A stretch of 52,657 bases of DNA from an uncultured bacterium (lineage in GTDB: Bacteria; Lernaellota; Lernaellaia; Lernaellales; Lernaellaceae): NCBI GenBank assembly GCA_964534375.1, contig CAZHPN010000016.1:1-52657 (forward strand). Reading direction: 5' to 3'. Position numbers and translations under genes: made by a program. Shown here one piece after another: positions 27,736-36,747 of this stretch; the first letter of the stretch is position 1, and the number at the start of each line of letters is the position of its first letter. The notes under the pieces are model-generated. The model saw nothing but the letters and a program-made list of their open reading frames with translations. It was not told the DNA's origin and searched no databases.

Positions 27736-28200
27736 ATGAAGGCGCTGGTTCCCAGGATACCCGAAGCGGGCGCTTTCTTTGAATTCAAGTTGGCGGGCGC
27801 GCGGTTGCGGCAGATGTTCGTCGACCGCGTGGACATCGTGGGGTTTGCCGCCGCCGAAGCCGAAATCCGGGCCGAACGGGTGGGCCGGCTCGTCAATTTG
27901 CGCGGCGAGGCGAAGGTCGATCTGACTTTCACGTGCGCCCGTTGCGGCGACGATTTCGACGCCGTCTTGCGGATTCCGGTCCGGATGGTGATGTCGCCGC
28001 GGCGCGACGTCGCAGCCGACTTGGAAGAGGATGTGGGCGCCGGTTTCTACGACGGCGACGAGATTTTCCTCGACGACATCGTCCTGGAGCAGATCGTCTT
28101 GGCCGCGCCGAACGCGTTTTATTGCCGCCCCGATTGCAAGGGCGTGTGTGCGGTTTGTCGGGCGAATTTAAATGACGGCCCGTGTCAGTGCGGGACGTGA
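27736..28200 (+). CDS. yceD: DUF177/YceD family protein
   Basis: CARC ... EQIVL..P...YCRPDCKGVCAVCRANLN..CQC; directly upstream of rpmF. Confidence 0.92.
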   Translation: MKALVPRIPEAGAFFEFKLAGARLRQMFVDRVDIVGFAAAEAEIRAERVGRLVNLRGEAKVDLTFTCARCGDDFDAVLRIPVRMVMSPRRDVAADLEEDVGAGFYDGDEIFLDDIVLEQIVLAAPNAFYCRPDCKGVCAVCRANLNDGPCQCGT

Positions 28201-28215
28201 GAAACGGAGTCGATT

Positions 28216-28401
28216 ATGGCTGTGCCAAAAAGGAAGAACTGCCACGCGCGCAGTTCCAAGCGCTGGGCGGGTTACACCAAGCCCAAAGTTGCGGCGCTCG
28301 TCGTCTGCCCCAACTGCCAGGAAATGATGCAGGCGCATCACCTTTGCAAATCGTGCGGCTATTACAAAGGCCGCGAGGTGGTCAAGGCCGAAGAAGAATA
28401 G
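28216..28401 (+). CDS. rpmF: 50S ribosomal protein L32 (Zn-ribbon type)
   Basis: MAVPKRK...CPNC...HHLCKSCGYYKGREV. Confidence 0.97.
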   Translation: MAVPKRKNCHARSSKRWAGYTKPKVAALVVCPNCQEMMQAHHLCKSCGYYKGREVVKAEEE

Positions 28402-28411
28402 CCCCTTCGTC

Positions 28412-29353
28412 ATGCCGCAACCGATTGCCTTGATGTTTCCCGGCCAAGGCGCGCAAACGGTCGGGATGGGCGTCGCGCTCGCCGAACGGTTCGCCGTGGT
28501 CGAGCGCTGGTTCGCATCGGCGGAAGAGGCGGCCGAATTCCCCTTGCGTCGCCTGCTGCGCGAAGGCCCCGAAGACCAGTTGCGGCTCACCGAATTTTTG
28601 CAGCCCGCCTTGCTCGCCGTCGAGATCGGCGCCTGGTTCGCTTGGCGCGAACTCGTCGAGCGACCGCCGGCCGCGGCGCTGGGCCACTCGCTGGGCGAGT
28701 ACGCCGCGCTGGTCGCGGCCGACGCGTTGGCCCCCGAAGCGGCGGTCCGTCTGGCGCGCCGTCGCGGGCGCTATATGCAGGAGGCCGTGCCGCCGGGGCT
28801 GGGCGGCATGAGCGCCGTGACCGAGCTGCCGGCCGAACGCGTCGCGGCGCTTTGCGAGGAAGCGTCCGACGCCGCGGCGCAAGTCTGGCTTTCCAACGAC
28901 AACTGCCCGGGCCAGGTCGTCGTCAGCGGGCATCTCGCGGCGATCGACCGGGCGACGCCGCTGCTGAAGGCCGCCGGCGCGCGCCGCATCGTGCCGCTCA
29001 AGGTCAGCGCCCCGTTTCATTGCCCGCTGATGCAGCCGGCCGCCGCGCGGCTCGCCGCCGAGCTGGCGACGATCGACTTCGGCGCGCCGCGTTTTCCCGT
29101 GATCGCCAACTGGAACGCCGCGCCGTATGCGGCCGCGGCCGGCGTCGCCGACGGCCTGCTGCGGCAGGTGACGCAGCCGGTGCGGTTCCGCGAATCGTTG
29201 CTGTCGCTGCCCGCGTTCCACGGGGTCGCCGGCGTCGAACTCGGCCCCGGGACCGTGCTCTCCGGCCTGGGCCGGCGGACGTTGCCGGAATGGCGCTTTT
29301 ACCAGGCCGACGAACCCGCCAAACTGGCGGCCGTCGTGCAGGAGTCGGCGTGA
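28412..29353 (+). CDS. fabD: Malonyl-CoA:ACP transacylase
   Basis: FPGQGAQ.VGMG, QPALL, GHSLGEY, N.PGQVV.SG, VSAPFH, ELGPG.VLSGL. Confidence 0.96.
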   Translation: MPQPIALMFPGQGAQTVGMGVALAERFAVVERWFASAEEAAEFPLRRLLREGPEDQLRLTEFLQPALLAVEIGAWFAWRELVERPPAAALGHSLGEYAALVAADALAPEAAVRLARRRGRYMQEAVPPGLGGMSAVTELPAERVAALCEEASDAAAQVWLSNDNCPGQVVVSGHLAAIDRATPLLKAAGARRIVPLKVSAPFHCPLMQPAAARLAAELATIDFGAPRFPVIANWNAAPYAAAAGVADGLLRQVTQPVRFRESLLSLPAFHGVAGVELGPGTVLSGLGRRTLPEWRFYQADEPAKLAAVVQESA

Positions 29354-29548
29354 CCGAACGGCCATGAGGAACGGCTGGATGAGCGGCTTGACGAATGAAA
29401 TGCGACAGGCCATCTTGCAACAAACGCCGCTGGGGCGCTTGGGGTCGCCGGAAGAGGCGGTCGCCGTCGTCGGGTTTTTTTTTGCAACGACGCGGCGGGC
29501 AATATCGCGGGGGCGGCGACTCCGTCGACAGCAGATTGGGCGCCTGAG
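29350..29548 (+). pseudogene. fabG: Truncated, frameshifted fabG (3-oxoacyl-ACP reductase) remnant
   Basis: Lies between fabD and acpP. It encodes 'AILQQTPLGRLGSPEEAVAVVGF', then 'FCNDAAGNIAG' in a shifted frame after a T9 run, matching the SDR C-terminus. The Rossmann fold and YxxxK are absent. Confidence 0.8.
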
Positions 29549-29581
29549 CATTCGCATCCAAAGAAGTGCACGGAGAATTAA

Positions 29582-29827
29582 ATGACCGACGACCTTTTCG
29601 TCAAATTGCGTAAACTGATTGCCGAAAAATTGGGCGTGGCCGAAGACCAGGTGGCCAAGGAAACCGACTTCGTGAAGGACCTTGGCGCGGACAGTCTGGA
29701 CTTGGTGGAGTTGATCGCCGACATCGAATTGGCGTTCAATCTCGATGCGATCCCGGATGAGACGGCGCAGAAGATCAAAACGGTCGGCGACGCGTATGAC
29801 CGGCTGCTGGAAGCCCTCCACGGCTGA
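29582..29827 (+). CDS. acpP: Acyl carrier protein
   Basis: F..DLGADSLDLVEL...IPDE.A.KIKTVGDA; GGAG RBS. Confidence 0.95.
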   Translation: MTDDLFVKLRKLIAEKLGVAEDQVAKETDFVKDLGADSLDLVELIADIELAFNLDAIPDETAQKIKTVGDAYDRLLEALHG

Positions 29828-29845
29828 GCGCGAGGGGAGACGAAG

Positions 29846-30085
29846 ATGGACCCCGAAGTCAAAGTTCGTCAGATCATTTGCGACTTGCTGGCGTGCGACG
29901 TAGCGGACCTGAGCGACGACGCCTTTTTGTTCGACGATCTGGGAATGACGCCCGACGACCTCGAGGAATTGCTCACCCTGCTGAACGACGAATTCGAAAT
30001 CGAGATCCCGGAGGTCGACGGCGAAGATTGGGAGACGGTTTCGGACGTGGTGAGTTACGTGGTCGAAAAGCTGGGACATGAGTAA
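29846..30085 (+). CDS. ACP-like protein lacking the phosphopantetheine serine
   Basis: ACP pattern (DDLG...EFEIEIPE...ETVSDVV.Y), but LGMTPDD replaces LGADSLD. Confidence 0.85.
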   Translation: MDPEVKVRQIICDLLACDVADLSDDAFLFDDLGMTPDDLEELLTLLNDEFEIEIPEVDGEDWETVSDVVSYVVEKLGHE

Positions 30086-31685
30086 ACGCCCACGGAACAA
30101 GACCCTCCAGCGATTTAAGAACGACCTTTATTTTCTTCTGTCGCGCGGCCTGTTTGCGTTCGCCCGCGCCATTCCGTTGGCTGTCGGCTTGAAAATCGGC
30201 CCCCCGCTGAGCCGGCTCTTCTGGTGGTTGCTGCCGCGCGAACGCCGCCGGTGCCTGCTCCACCTGAAAACGGCGTTCCCCGAATGGACCGACGCCGAAC
30301 GCTTGGCGATCGCCAAAGAGACGTTTCGGAACCTCGGCCGCAGCTTTTTCGAGCTCTTTCACTTCGATGAGCTGCTGGCCACGGTTCACACCGAGCATCC
30401 CTACGTGCAATTCGAAGGCGCCGAGCACGTGAAAAAGGCGTTTTCGGCCGGGCGCGGCGGGATTTTTTTCACCGGCCACCTCGGGAATTGGGAGCTGATG
30501 GCCGCGTGGTTCGTCGCCTTCACCGGCTGCCCCGGCAACGAAATCGTCCGCAAGATCTACGATCCGCGGTTCGACAAGCTGCTCAACGAGCATCGCGGCC
30601 GGCATAAATACAAGCCGCTCACCCGCGGCGGCGCCGAACTCGTCGAGGATATCATCCGCGTGCTCTCCAACAATGAGATGCTCGGACTGTTGATCGACCA
30701 GGACACCAAAGTGCGCGGCGTGTTCGCCGATTGGTTCGGCCACCCGGCGTGGACGCCGTCCGGCCCGGCTTATCTCTGTTACCAAGCCAATCTCGACATC
30801 ATGATGATGACCATTCACCGCAACCCGGGCGGCGGGCACACGGTGACGATCAGCGAGCCGTTGCCGCGCCCGCAATCGGGCGACCTCAAAGCCGACGTGC
30901 TCGCGTACACGCAGATGATGAACGACCGCATCACCGCGCACATTCGCAGCCATCCGACGGAATGGGTCTGGATGCACCGGCGCTGGAAGACGCGGCCGCC
31001 CGACGAGTCGCCGGAGAAAACCCCGGCGCCGGAACCGCTGAAGAAATATCGCCTGCGCCGGCTGGCGGCGGCGCTCGTCGCCAAAATCGTCCGCCCGTGG
31101 TCGTGGGAAGCGGCGGACAAGATCGGCGCGGCGCTCGGCCGCGCGCGCGTGAATTACGCGCGCCACGCCCTGATGGACGGCCGGTTTTTTCGCGAGCGGA
31201 CGACGCTCATCGGCCGCGACAAGCTGGACGCGGCGCTGGCTGCGCGGAAAGGGGCGATCCTGCTGGTCGGCCGGACCTTCGAGGCCGACCTGGCGACCTG
31301 GGCGCTGGCGGCGCTGGGCTACCCGGTCGATTTGATTGCCCGCCCGCCGGCGAACGAATTTCTCGATTTGCGGCTGGCCTGGGCGCGCCGCACCCACGGC
31401 GTACGGCCCTGGCGCCAGGCCGACGCGGACGAAGCGGCCGCGCACGCCCTGTCGCAAGGCGGCGTGCTGGCGATCGGCGTCGAGCCGGCCATCGGTCCGC
31501 GCGCGCCCGCGCCCGGCGGCGCTTCCGCGGATGCCCCGCGCCCGCTGTCGGCGCTGCCGGCGGCAATGGCCGCCAAATACGGCTGCCCGGTGCTGCACCT
31601 GACGACGCAGCGGGCCGGCGCCGGCCGTTTCGAGGTCGTAGTGGACGACCCGGTCGCTTACGCGACGGAACCGCCGGCCGCGTGA
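30078..31685 (+). CDS. LpxL/HtrB-family lipid acyltransferase with a second, degenerate acyltransferase-like domain
   Basis: Domain 1 has GHLGNWE, LIDQD and WVWMHRRWK. Domain 2 has a similar layout (G...LDAALA..KGAILL, ARP..N..LD) without HxxNWE. Confidence 0.88.
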   Translation: MSKRPRNKTLQRFKNDLYFLLSRGLFAFARAIPLAVGLKIGPPLSRLFWWLLPRERRRCLLHLKTAFPEWTDAERLAIAKETFRNLGRSFFELFHFDELLATVHTEHPYVQFEGAEHVKKAFSAGRGGIFFTGHLGNWELMAAWFVAFTGCPGNEIVRKIYDPRFDKLLNEHRGRHKYKPLTRGGAELVEDIIRVLSNNEMLGLLIDQDTKVRGVFADWFGHPAWTPSGPAYLCYQANLDIMMMTIHRNPGGGHTVTISEPLPRPQSGDLKADVLAYTQMMNDRITAHIRSHPTEWVWMHRRWKTRPPDESPEKTPAPEPLKKYRLRRLAAALVAKIVRPWSWEAADKIGAALGRARVNYARHALMDGRFFRERTTLIGRDKLDAALAARKGAILLVGRTFEADLATWALAALGYPVDLIARPPANEFLDLRLAWARRTHGVRPWRQADADEAAAHALSQGGVLAIGVEPAIGPRAPAPGGASADAPRPLSALPAAMAAKYGCPVLHLTTQRAGAGRFEVVVDDPVAYATEPPAA

Positions 31686-31756
31686 CGGCCGCCCCACCGG
31701 CTAGGCAATAATTCAGAGAAAATCGTTGGGGCGCGATGGGGGCTTCTTCAGAAGGT

Positions 31757-31861
31757 CATGGGAATTCTGGGAATTCTGGGAGGCCTGGGAATTCTGGGAT
31801 CTTTCGCGCGGCGGGCTTCATACGTCGCATAGGTCTATTAAGTCCTATGGGTCCTAGAGCT
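31757..31861. repeat. 9-mer arrays (TGGGAATTC)n and ATAGGTCTA/AGTCCTATG-like, between convergent genes
   Basis: catgggaattctgggaattctgggaggcctgggaattctggga and cataggtctattaagtcctatgggtcctag. Confidence 0.75.
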
Positions 31862-31862
31862 C

Positions 31863-32630
31863 TTACTCGACGCTGAGCGCGGCGATTTCGTCCGACAACG
31901 CGGCCAACGCCTCGGCCCCGCGGCTCGACGGCGCATACTGCCAGATCGTCTGGCCCAGGCTTTGCGCTTCGTCGATCGCGACGTTGTAGCCGACGACGGT
32001 TTTCGACAAACGGTCGCCGAAGAAATCGCCCAGTTTGGCCAGGATTGCGTCGGCGAGGTTGGTGCGCCGGTACAAGGTCGGCACGACCATCGAGACGCGC
32101 AGATCGCGTTTGCGGTAGGTTTTCTTGACGTTCTCGACGGTTTCGACGATTTCGCTGCAGCCGTCGAGCGCGAGGAACGTGAGGCTGACGGGGATGACGA
32201 TTTCTTTCACCGCCATCATGATGTTCAACGTCAGCAGCCCCAGCGACGGCGGGCTGTCGACCAGCACGTAATCGAAGCCGCGCAAGCCGTCCAGCTTTTC
32301 CTTCAGTTTCGTCACCCGGTCCGGGTCGGCGGCGGCGACGACCGGAAAATCGACCAGCGTCTTGTTGGCGGCGATCACCGACAAGTTCTCGATCGCCGTC
32401 GGCCGCACCGCGTCCTCGACCGCGACCTGCGGATCGATCAACAACTCGAACACCGACGGCTTGACCGCCGCGACGTCCAGACCCAACGACTTGCCCACCT
32501 GGCCTTGCGGGTCCATGTCCACGAGGCAGACCCGGCGGCCCTGCCGCGCAAAGTACGCCGCCACGTTCACGGCCAGCGTGGTCTTGCAACTGCCGCCCTT
32601 TTCGTTGACGAAGGCGATCTTGCGGCTCAT
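31863..32630 (-). CDS. ParA/Soj-family ATPase (orphan)
   Basis: Deviant Walker A NEKGGSCKTT, VDMDPQG, DSPPSLG; GGAGG RBS. Confidence 0.92.
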   Translation of the reverse strand: MSRKIAFVNEKGGSCKTTLAVNVAAYFARQGRRVCLVDMDPQGQVGKSLGLDVAAVKPSVFELLIDPQVAVEDAVRPTAIENLSVIAANKTLVDFPVVAAADPDRVTKLKEKLDGLRGFDYVLVDSPPSLGLLTLNIMMAVKEIVIPVSLTFLALDGCSEIVETVENVKKTYRKRDLRVSMVVPTLYRRTNLADAILAKLGDFFGDRLSKTVVGYNVAIDEAQSLGQTIWQYAPSSRGAEALAALSDEIAALSVE

Positions 32631-32658
32631 GTGTTCCTCCGCGGGCGCGGGCCCGCCG

Positions 32659-33000
32659 TCAGCGGCCCGGCCGGTTCTGCCGCGCGGCCAGCTTGTCGCC
32701 GAGGCGTTCGAGCCGCGCGCCGATTGCATCCAGCCGCGTTTCCAGCTTGCCGAGGGCGTCGCCGAGCTTGACGACCTTGCGCACCAGATCGTCGTAGTCG
32801 GCTTTGGTCGGCACGTTCGCCAGATTGAGCACTACGCGCAAATTGCGATCGACTTTCTCGCGGGTTTTCACGGCGCGCCCGATCGCCGCGCCGAACGCCT
32901 CGGCGAAGCGCGGGTTCGACAACAACTCGTCGGCCATGTCGCGCAGTTTTTCCTGGCCGGCGTCACGCAAACGCTCGATGACTTTTTTGTTTTCGCCCAT
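32659..33000 (-). CDS. Small coiled-coil protein, phasin/PhaF-like
   Basis: 'LNLANVPTKADYDDL..KV..L...L..LE.RLD' pattern; alternative start at 33012. Confidence 0.65.
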   Translation of the reverse strand: MGENKKVIERLRDAGQEKLRDMADELLSNPRFAEAFGAAIGRAVKTREKVDRNLRVVLNLANVPTKADYDDLVRKVVKLGDALGKLETRLDAIGARLERLGDKLAARQNRPGR

Positions 33001-33231
33001 GAATCTCGCCATTCAGATGTGGTTCAGAACGCCAAAAACCGTACGTGGACGGTCGCGGCTTGTCAAGCGACGGCGACAGCGATGGCGGCGCGCACACGGC
33101 CCTCGGACGACACGCCGCCGTTCTGCGCTTGACGGCGCGCCGCGGACGGTCTAGTTATCATTCGTATCGTAGTATTTCGCCGTGCTGGTTGGAATCGGCC
33201 AAAAGTGTCGGGCCCGCGGGGAGGGTTGGCC

Positions 33232-35145
33232 ATGCGCAATTATGGGTTGCTGGCAATTGCCTTTTTTCTGACGCTTTCCCTGGTTTTCGCCTGCGCGCCG
33301 ACCAGCAAAAGCTCGGGGCCCAAGCCCGCGGACGATGACAACGACATTTCGCCGAGCGACGACGATATTTCGCCGAATGACGACGATGTCTCGCCGAGCG
33401 ACGATGACGCGACGCCGGATGACGACGATGTCTCGCCCAGCGACGATGACGCGACGCCGGACGACGACGATGCCTCGCCGAGCGACGATGACGCCGTGCC
33501 AAGCGATTTGCTCGGGCCTGTGCCGATGACGAGCCTGTCGACGCTGGAGTACGTCTTGTTGGACGCTCATTCAACCGGCCCAACGAACGCCATCGTCACG
33601 GTCTCCGTGTGCGATTATCGCACCGACGCCGTGCGCTGGTCGGCCGGCCATAATGTGGGGGGCTCAGCCGGCAACAGCAGCGGCTACGACGCGTCGCTCG
33701 TCGACCTGGGATCGGACGGCATCTTCAAGATTCTGGAAAGCTTTTCGAGCACCACGGAGCCTGGCGGTCAGCAATTCAACAGTATCGATGTCCTTGACGG
33801 CCGATCCGGGTTCGCCGCGGTCTATTCCTCGGGCGGCTATGCGTCGACGGGATGGGATTGGAACCGCGACCAAAAGCAAGATTTGCTGCTCAGCTTCTTC
33901 GGCTGCACAACCGACAGTTTTAACATGATCGACGCCGCCCATGGCTACGCGATGCTCAAGGAATGGGACTCGGCATTCGACCACAGCGTCGGTTTCGCCG
34001 GCGGCCTCGCGAATGGCTTCCTGGGACCGGTCCCGATATCGGCGATCGGGGCTTCCGAATACGTGTACGGGGATCAGTACGAGGCCGGTTCAAACGCGAC
34101 CGCCTGCACCGTGGAGGTGCGCGACGCGGCGACCGATCAGGTGAATTGGTCGCATGATTTTCAATTGTCCGGAGAGTACGCCAGCTACGGCTTTCAATTG
34201 GCCGACCTGGCCGGCGACGGCGTATTTCAGGTGGTCGAGCAGCCGCAATATTCCGACGCCAACGGGAACACCCACTTTTCGGTGGATGTCCGCGACGGAC
34301 TGAGCGGTTTCACCGTCGTTTACGATTCCGGCGATTTGGGCGCCTGCTGGAATCCGAATATTGATTTTGATTGGGACATGAACCGGGACGGCAAAAACGA
34401 ATTGATGATCGATGTTCAACCATCCCTCAGTTCGGGCCTCGGGCCGGAAATGATCGAGTGGTTGGACGGAACCAACGGCTACGCGACCGTGAAAAAACTC
34501 GTCGGCCCGGCCGGGCACAGCATTTCCGTGATCGGCGCGCTGGTCGACGGCGCCTGGGGCCCGGTCCCGATCACCAAGGCCGGCGCGCTGGAATACGTGT
34601 ACATCGATCAACTGACGACCGGCGCGGACCCGAATTACGACGTCACGCTCGTCGTCGAAGTGCGCGATGCGGCGACGGACCGGGCGCGCTGGTCGAAGAC
34701 GTATGCGGCGAACGGCCTCGAGTATTTCAACTACAGCGCGCAGTTGGCCGACCTGACCGGCAACGGTTTATACCAAGTCGTCGAGGTCATCGCGGCGACA
34801 AACTCCAACGGCGAAGTGTCCAAGAGCCAGGTCTTCGTGCGCGACGGCGCCCGGAACTTCGCGCCGGTTTACTCCGCCGCCGGGGCGTCCGCTGAAGCCG
34901 GCTGGGACATCTTCCGCGACGGCCGGCAGGAATTGATGGTCGACTTCGGCGGGGACGGCTCGGCGACGTCCGCCGAGGTGATCCAATGGCTCGACGGCGC
35001 CAACGGCTTCGCGGTCGTCAAGCAAATCACCGGCCCGGCGGGGGACAGCATCTCGGTTACGGGCGCCCCGTGGACCGCCGATGCCAACGCCGCGCGGCTG
35101 CGCGCTCGCCGGCCGGAGCGCCGGTTGCGCCGCTTATTGCCATAA
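33232..35145 (+). CDS. Lipoprotein with Asp-rich linker and three ~170-180 aa repeats carrying FG-GAP/VCBS-like Ca-binding loops
   Basis: Lipobox LVFA-C and (SPSDDD)n linker. Repeats start at 33511, 34021 and 34555 (GPVP..EYV..VRDAATD..LADL.GDG..WD.NRDG..EL). Confidence 0.85.
   Translation: MRNYGLLAIAFFLTLSLVFACAPTSKSSGPKPADDDNDISPSDDDISPNDDDVSPSDDDATPDDDDVSPSDDDATPDDDDASPSDDDAVPSDLLGPVPMTSLSTLEYVLLDAHSTGPTNAIVTVSVCDYRTDAVRWSAGHNVGGSAGNSSGYDASLVDLGSDGIFKILESFSSTTEPGGQQFNSIDVLDGRSGFAAVYSSGGYASTGWDWNRDQKQDLLLSFFGCTTDSFNMIDAAHGYAMLKEWDSAFDHSVGFAGGLANGFLGPVPISAIGASEYVYGDQYEAGSNATACTVEVRDAATDQVNWSHDFQLSGEYASYGFQLADLAGDGVFQVVEQPQYSDANGNTHFSVDVRDGLSGFTVVYDSGDLGACWNPNIDFDWDMNRDGKNELMIDVQPSLSSGLGPEMIEWLDGTNGYATVKKLVGPAGHSISVIGALVDGAWGPVPITKAGALEYVYIDQLTTGADPNYDVTLVVEVRDAATDRARWSKTYAANGLEYFNYSAQLADLTGNGLYQVVEVIAATNSNGEVSKSQVFVRDGARNFAPVYSAAGASAEAGWDIFRDGRQELMVDFGGDGSATSAEVIQWLDGANGFAVVKQITGPAGDSISVTGAPWTADANAARLRARRPERRLRRLLP
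33331..33492 (+). repeat. 21-nt coding tandem repeat encoding (I/V/A)(S/T)P(S/N/D)DDD
   Basis: About 7 units such as tcgccgagcgacgatgacgcg. Confidence 0.9.
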
Positions 35146-36747
35146 CGTCTCTCCGAGCACGCCGCCGTCGACTGGCCGCGCGACGGCTTCCAGGCGGCCA
35201 AACGCCCCCGCCGCGTTCAGAATGTCGATCAGCGGGCCGGCGGTGAACTCCGCGCCCTCGCCCTGAACCGCGCCAAGCCTGGCCGCCTGCCGCAGGAAAT
35301 CGCCGAGCGCCGTCGCCGCGGCGCCGTCGTTGCGCACCTTCCACAGCGGTCCGGGCCGGCCCGCCCGCGTCTGCGCGGCAAGCTGTTTCAGGAAGTCTGG
35401 GTCGTCGGCGAGCAATAGCAGGTCGCCTTGCCGCGCGGCGTACACGCCGGGCAGACCCGGCAGCAGGGTCAACGCCGCCGCGCCGTCCGGACCCGTCTTC
35501 GGCGTCAATTTTCCGCGTAACGCGGGCCGCTTTTCACGCAACGCCGCCGCAACGCTCTCAACCGCCCGGGCCGGTTCGATGCCCGGCGCTGCGAGGACCG
35601 CGCCGCGGCGCGCGTCGACCAGGCCCGTCGTCGGGTCGACGTGCGGCGCAACGACCAGCAGCCGCGCCGCGGCTTTTTCATCGAGGCCGAGCGCCGAGAG
35701 ATCCCACCCGAAAAGCGCGCTCAACTGCGCGACGGTTCCGGCGCCGCCGGCGGTGAACGCGGTCAGGCCCTCGCCCTGATAGGTCAGCTCGTTCGGCGGC
35801 GGCGCGCTCGGCGAACCGAGCAACGCGCGCCGTTCGCGCATCGAGCGGCCGTCGCAGGTGAAGCCGACGAGCGCCGCCGGCACGTTCTCGAAGTCGCGCC
35901 AGTTCTTCCACGCCCAGTAGACCTGGAAATAGCGATCGCGATGCAGCCGGCCCAGGTCGAGGAACAGTACGGCGTCGCTTTCGCCGATCGCCGGGTCGAG
36001 GGCCAGCGCCTTGCGATAATCGGGGTCGTCGGTCAGCCGCGGCTGGCCGGCGGCTTTGCCCGCGGCGTAAAGCGCGCTTTCCAGCAGGTCCGGGCTGCTG
36101 GCGACGATGAGCAAATCGTCCGTTTGATAAAAGAGAAATGCGAGCCCGGCGGCCTCATCGATCTTCGCATAATACGTGCGGCCGTCATAGACGCGCTGCG
36201 TGAATTTTGCGCGGTCGGCGACAAACGCCAGCTTCGCCTGCTCGGCGGCGGGCAGCCGCGTCAGCAGCAGAAACTCCAAATTGCCGATGTCGTAGAGCGC
36301 GAGCACGGTTTCGCCCTTGGCCGCATCCAGCAACGCGTCGACCGTCAGCGGCATCCCGGCCAGCGCCGACAGCCGCTCGGCCCGGTCCGCCAGCTTCAGC
36401 GCCAGCTTCGAATCGGCGTAGGCGTCGCGCGCCTTGCTGTGCAGATACGCCTGCGCGGCCGGCAACGCGGCGACGCGGCCCGCCAAGGCCCCGAGATTCG
36501 CGGCGTAAACCGCGACGAGCGGCCGCCCGGGCGTCATGGCCAACAATGACGACCCCGACCGCGTCGGCCCAATCCGCCAAGCGACCACGACGGCGACCGC
36601 CAAAACCGTAGCGATCACCGCGAATGAACGGGAACGACCGCGAATGGGGATGAGGGTTTTGATATTGAATGAGAATGAGGGTTTTTTGACCGCGAATGCA
36701 CGCGAATGCACGCGAATAAGGCTGGGTTTAGGCTCCGGTGCGGTCAT
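35134..36747 (-). CDS. Hypothetical membrane-anchored exported protein, last gene of the VIT-vWA/TPR operon
   Basis: TM 'FAVIATVLAVAVVVAW' and conserved-looking 'LALYDIGNLEFLLLTRL' and 'YFQVYWAW'. ATG at 36747 overlaps the GxxExxY stop; start uncertain. Confidence 0.75.
   Translation of the reverse strand: MTAPEPKPSLIRVHSRAFAVKKPSFSFNIKTLIPIRGRSRSFAVIATVLAVAVVVAWRIGPTRSGSSLLAMTPGRPLVAVYAANLGALAGRVAALPAAQAYLHSKARDAYADSKLALKLADRAERLSALAGMPLTVDALLDAAKGETVLALYDIGNLEFLLLTRLPAAEQAKLAFVADRAKFTQRVYDGRTYYAKIDEAAGLAFLFYQTDDLLIVASSPDLLESALYAAGKAAGQPRLTDDPDYRKALALDPAIGESDAVLFLDLGRLHRDRYFQVYWAWKNWRDFENVPAALVGFTCDGRSMRERRALLGSPSAPPPNELTYQGEGLTAFTAGGAGTVAQLSALFGWDLSALGLDEKAAARLLVVAPHVDPTTGLVDARRGAVLAAPGIEPARAVESVAAALREKRPALRGKLTPKTGPDGAAALTLLPGLPGVYAARQGDLLLLADDPDFLKQLAAQTRAGRPGPLWKVRNDGAAATALGDFLRQAARLGAVQGEGAEFTAGPLIDILNAAGAFGRLEAVARPVDGGVLGETLWQ
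36689..36718. repeat. Left 30-bp arm ACCGCGAATGCACGCGAATGCACGCGAATA (10-nt units)
   Basis: Exact reverse complement of 37168-37197 and 37221-37250. Confidence 0.95.

Noticed and set aside
29364..29585. 73-aa ORF as a functional small protein
   Set aside because: Explained as an out-of-context fabG C-terminal fragment with a frameshift
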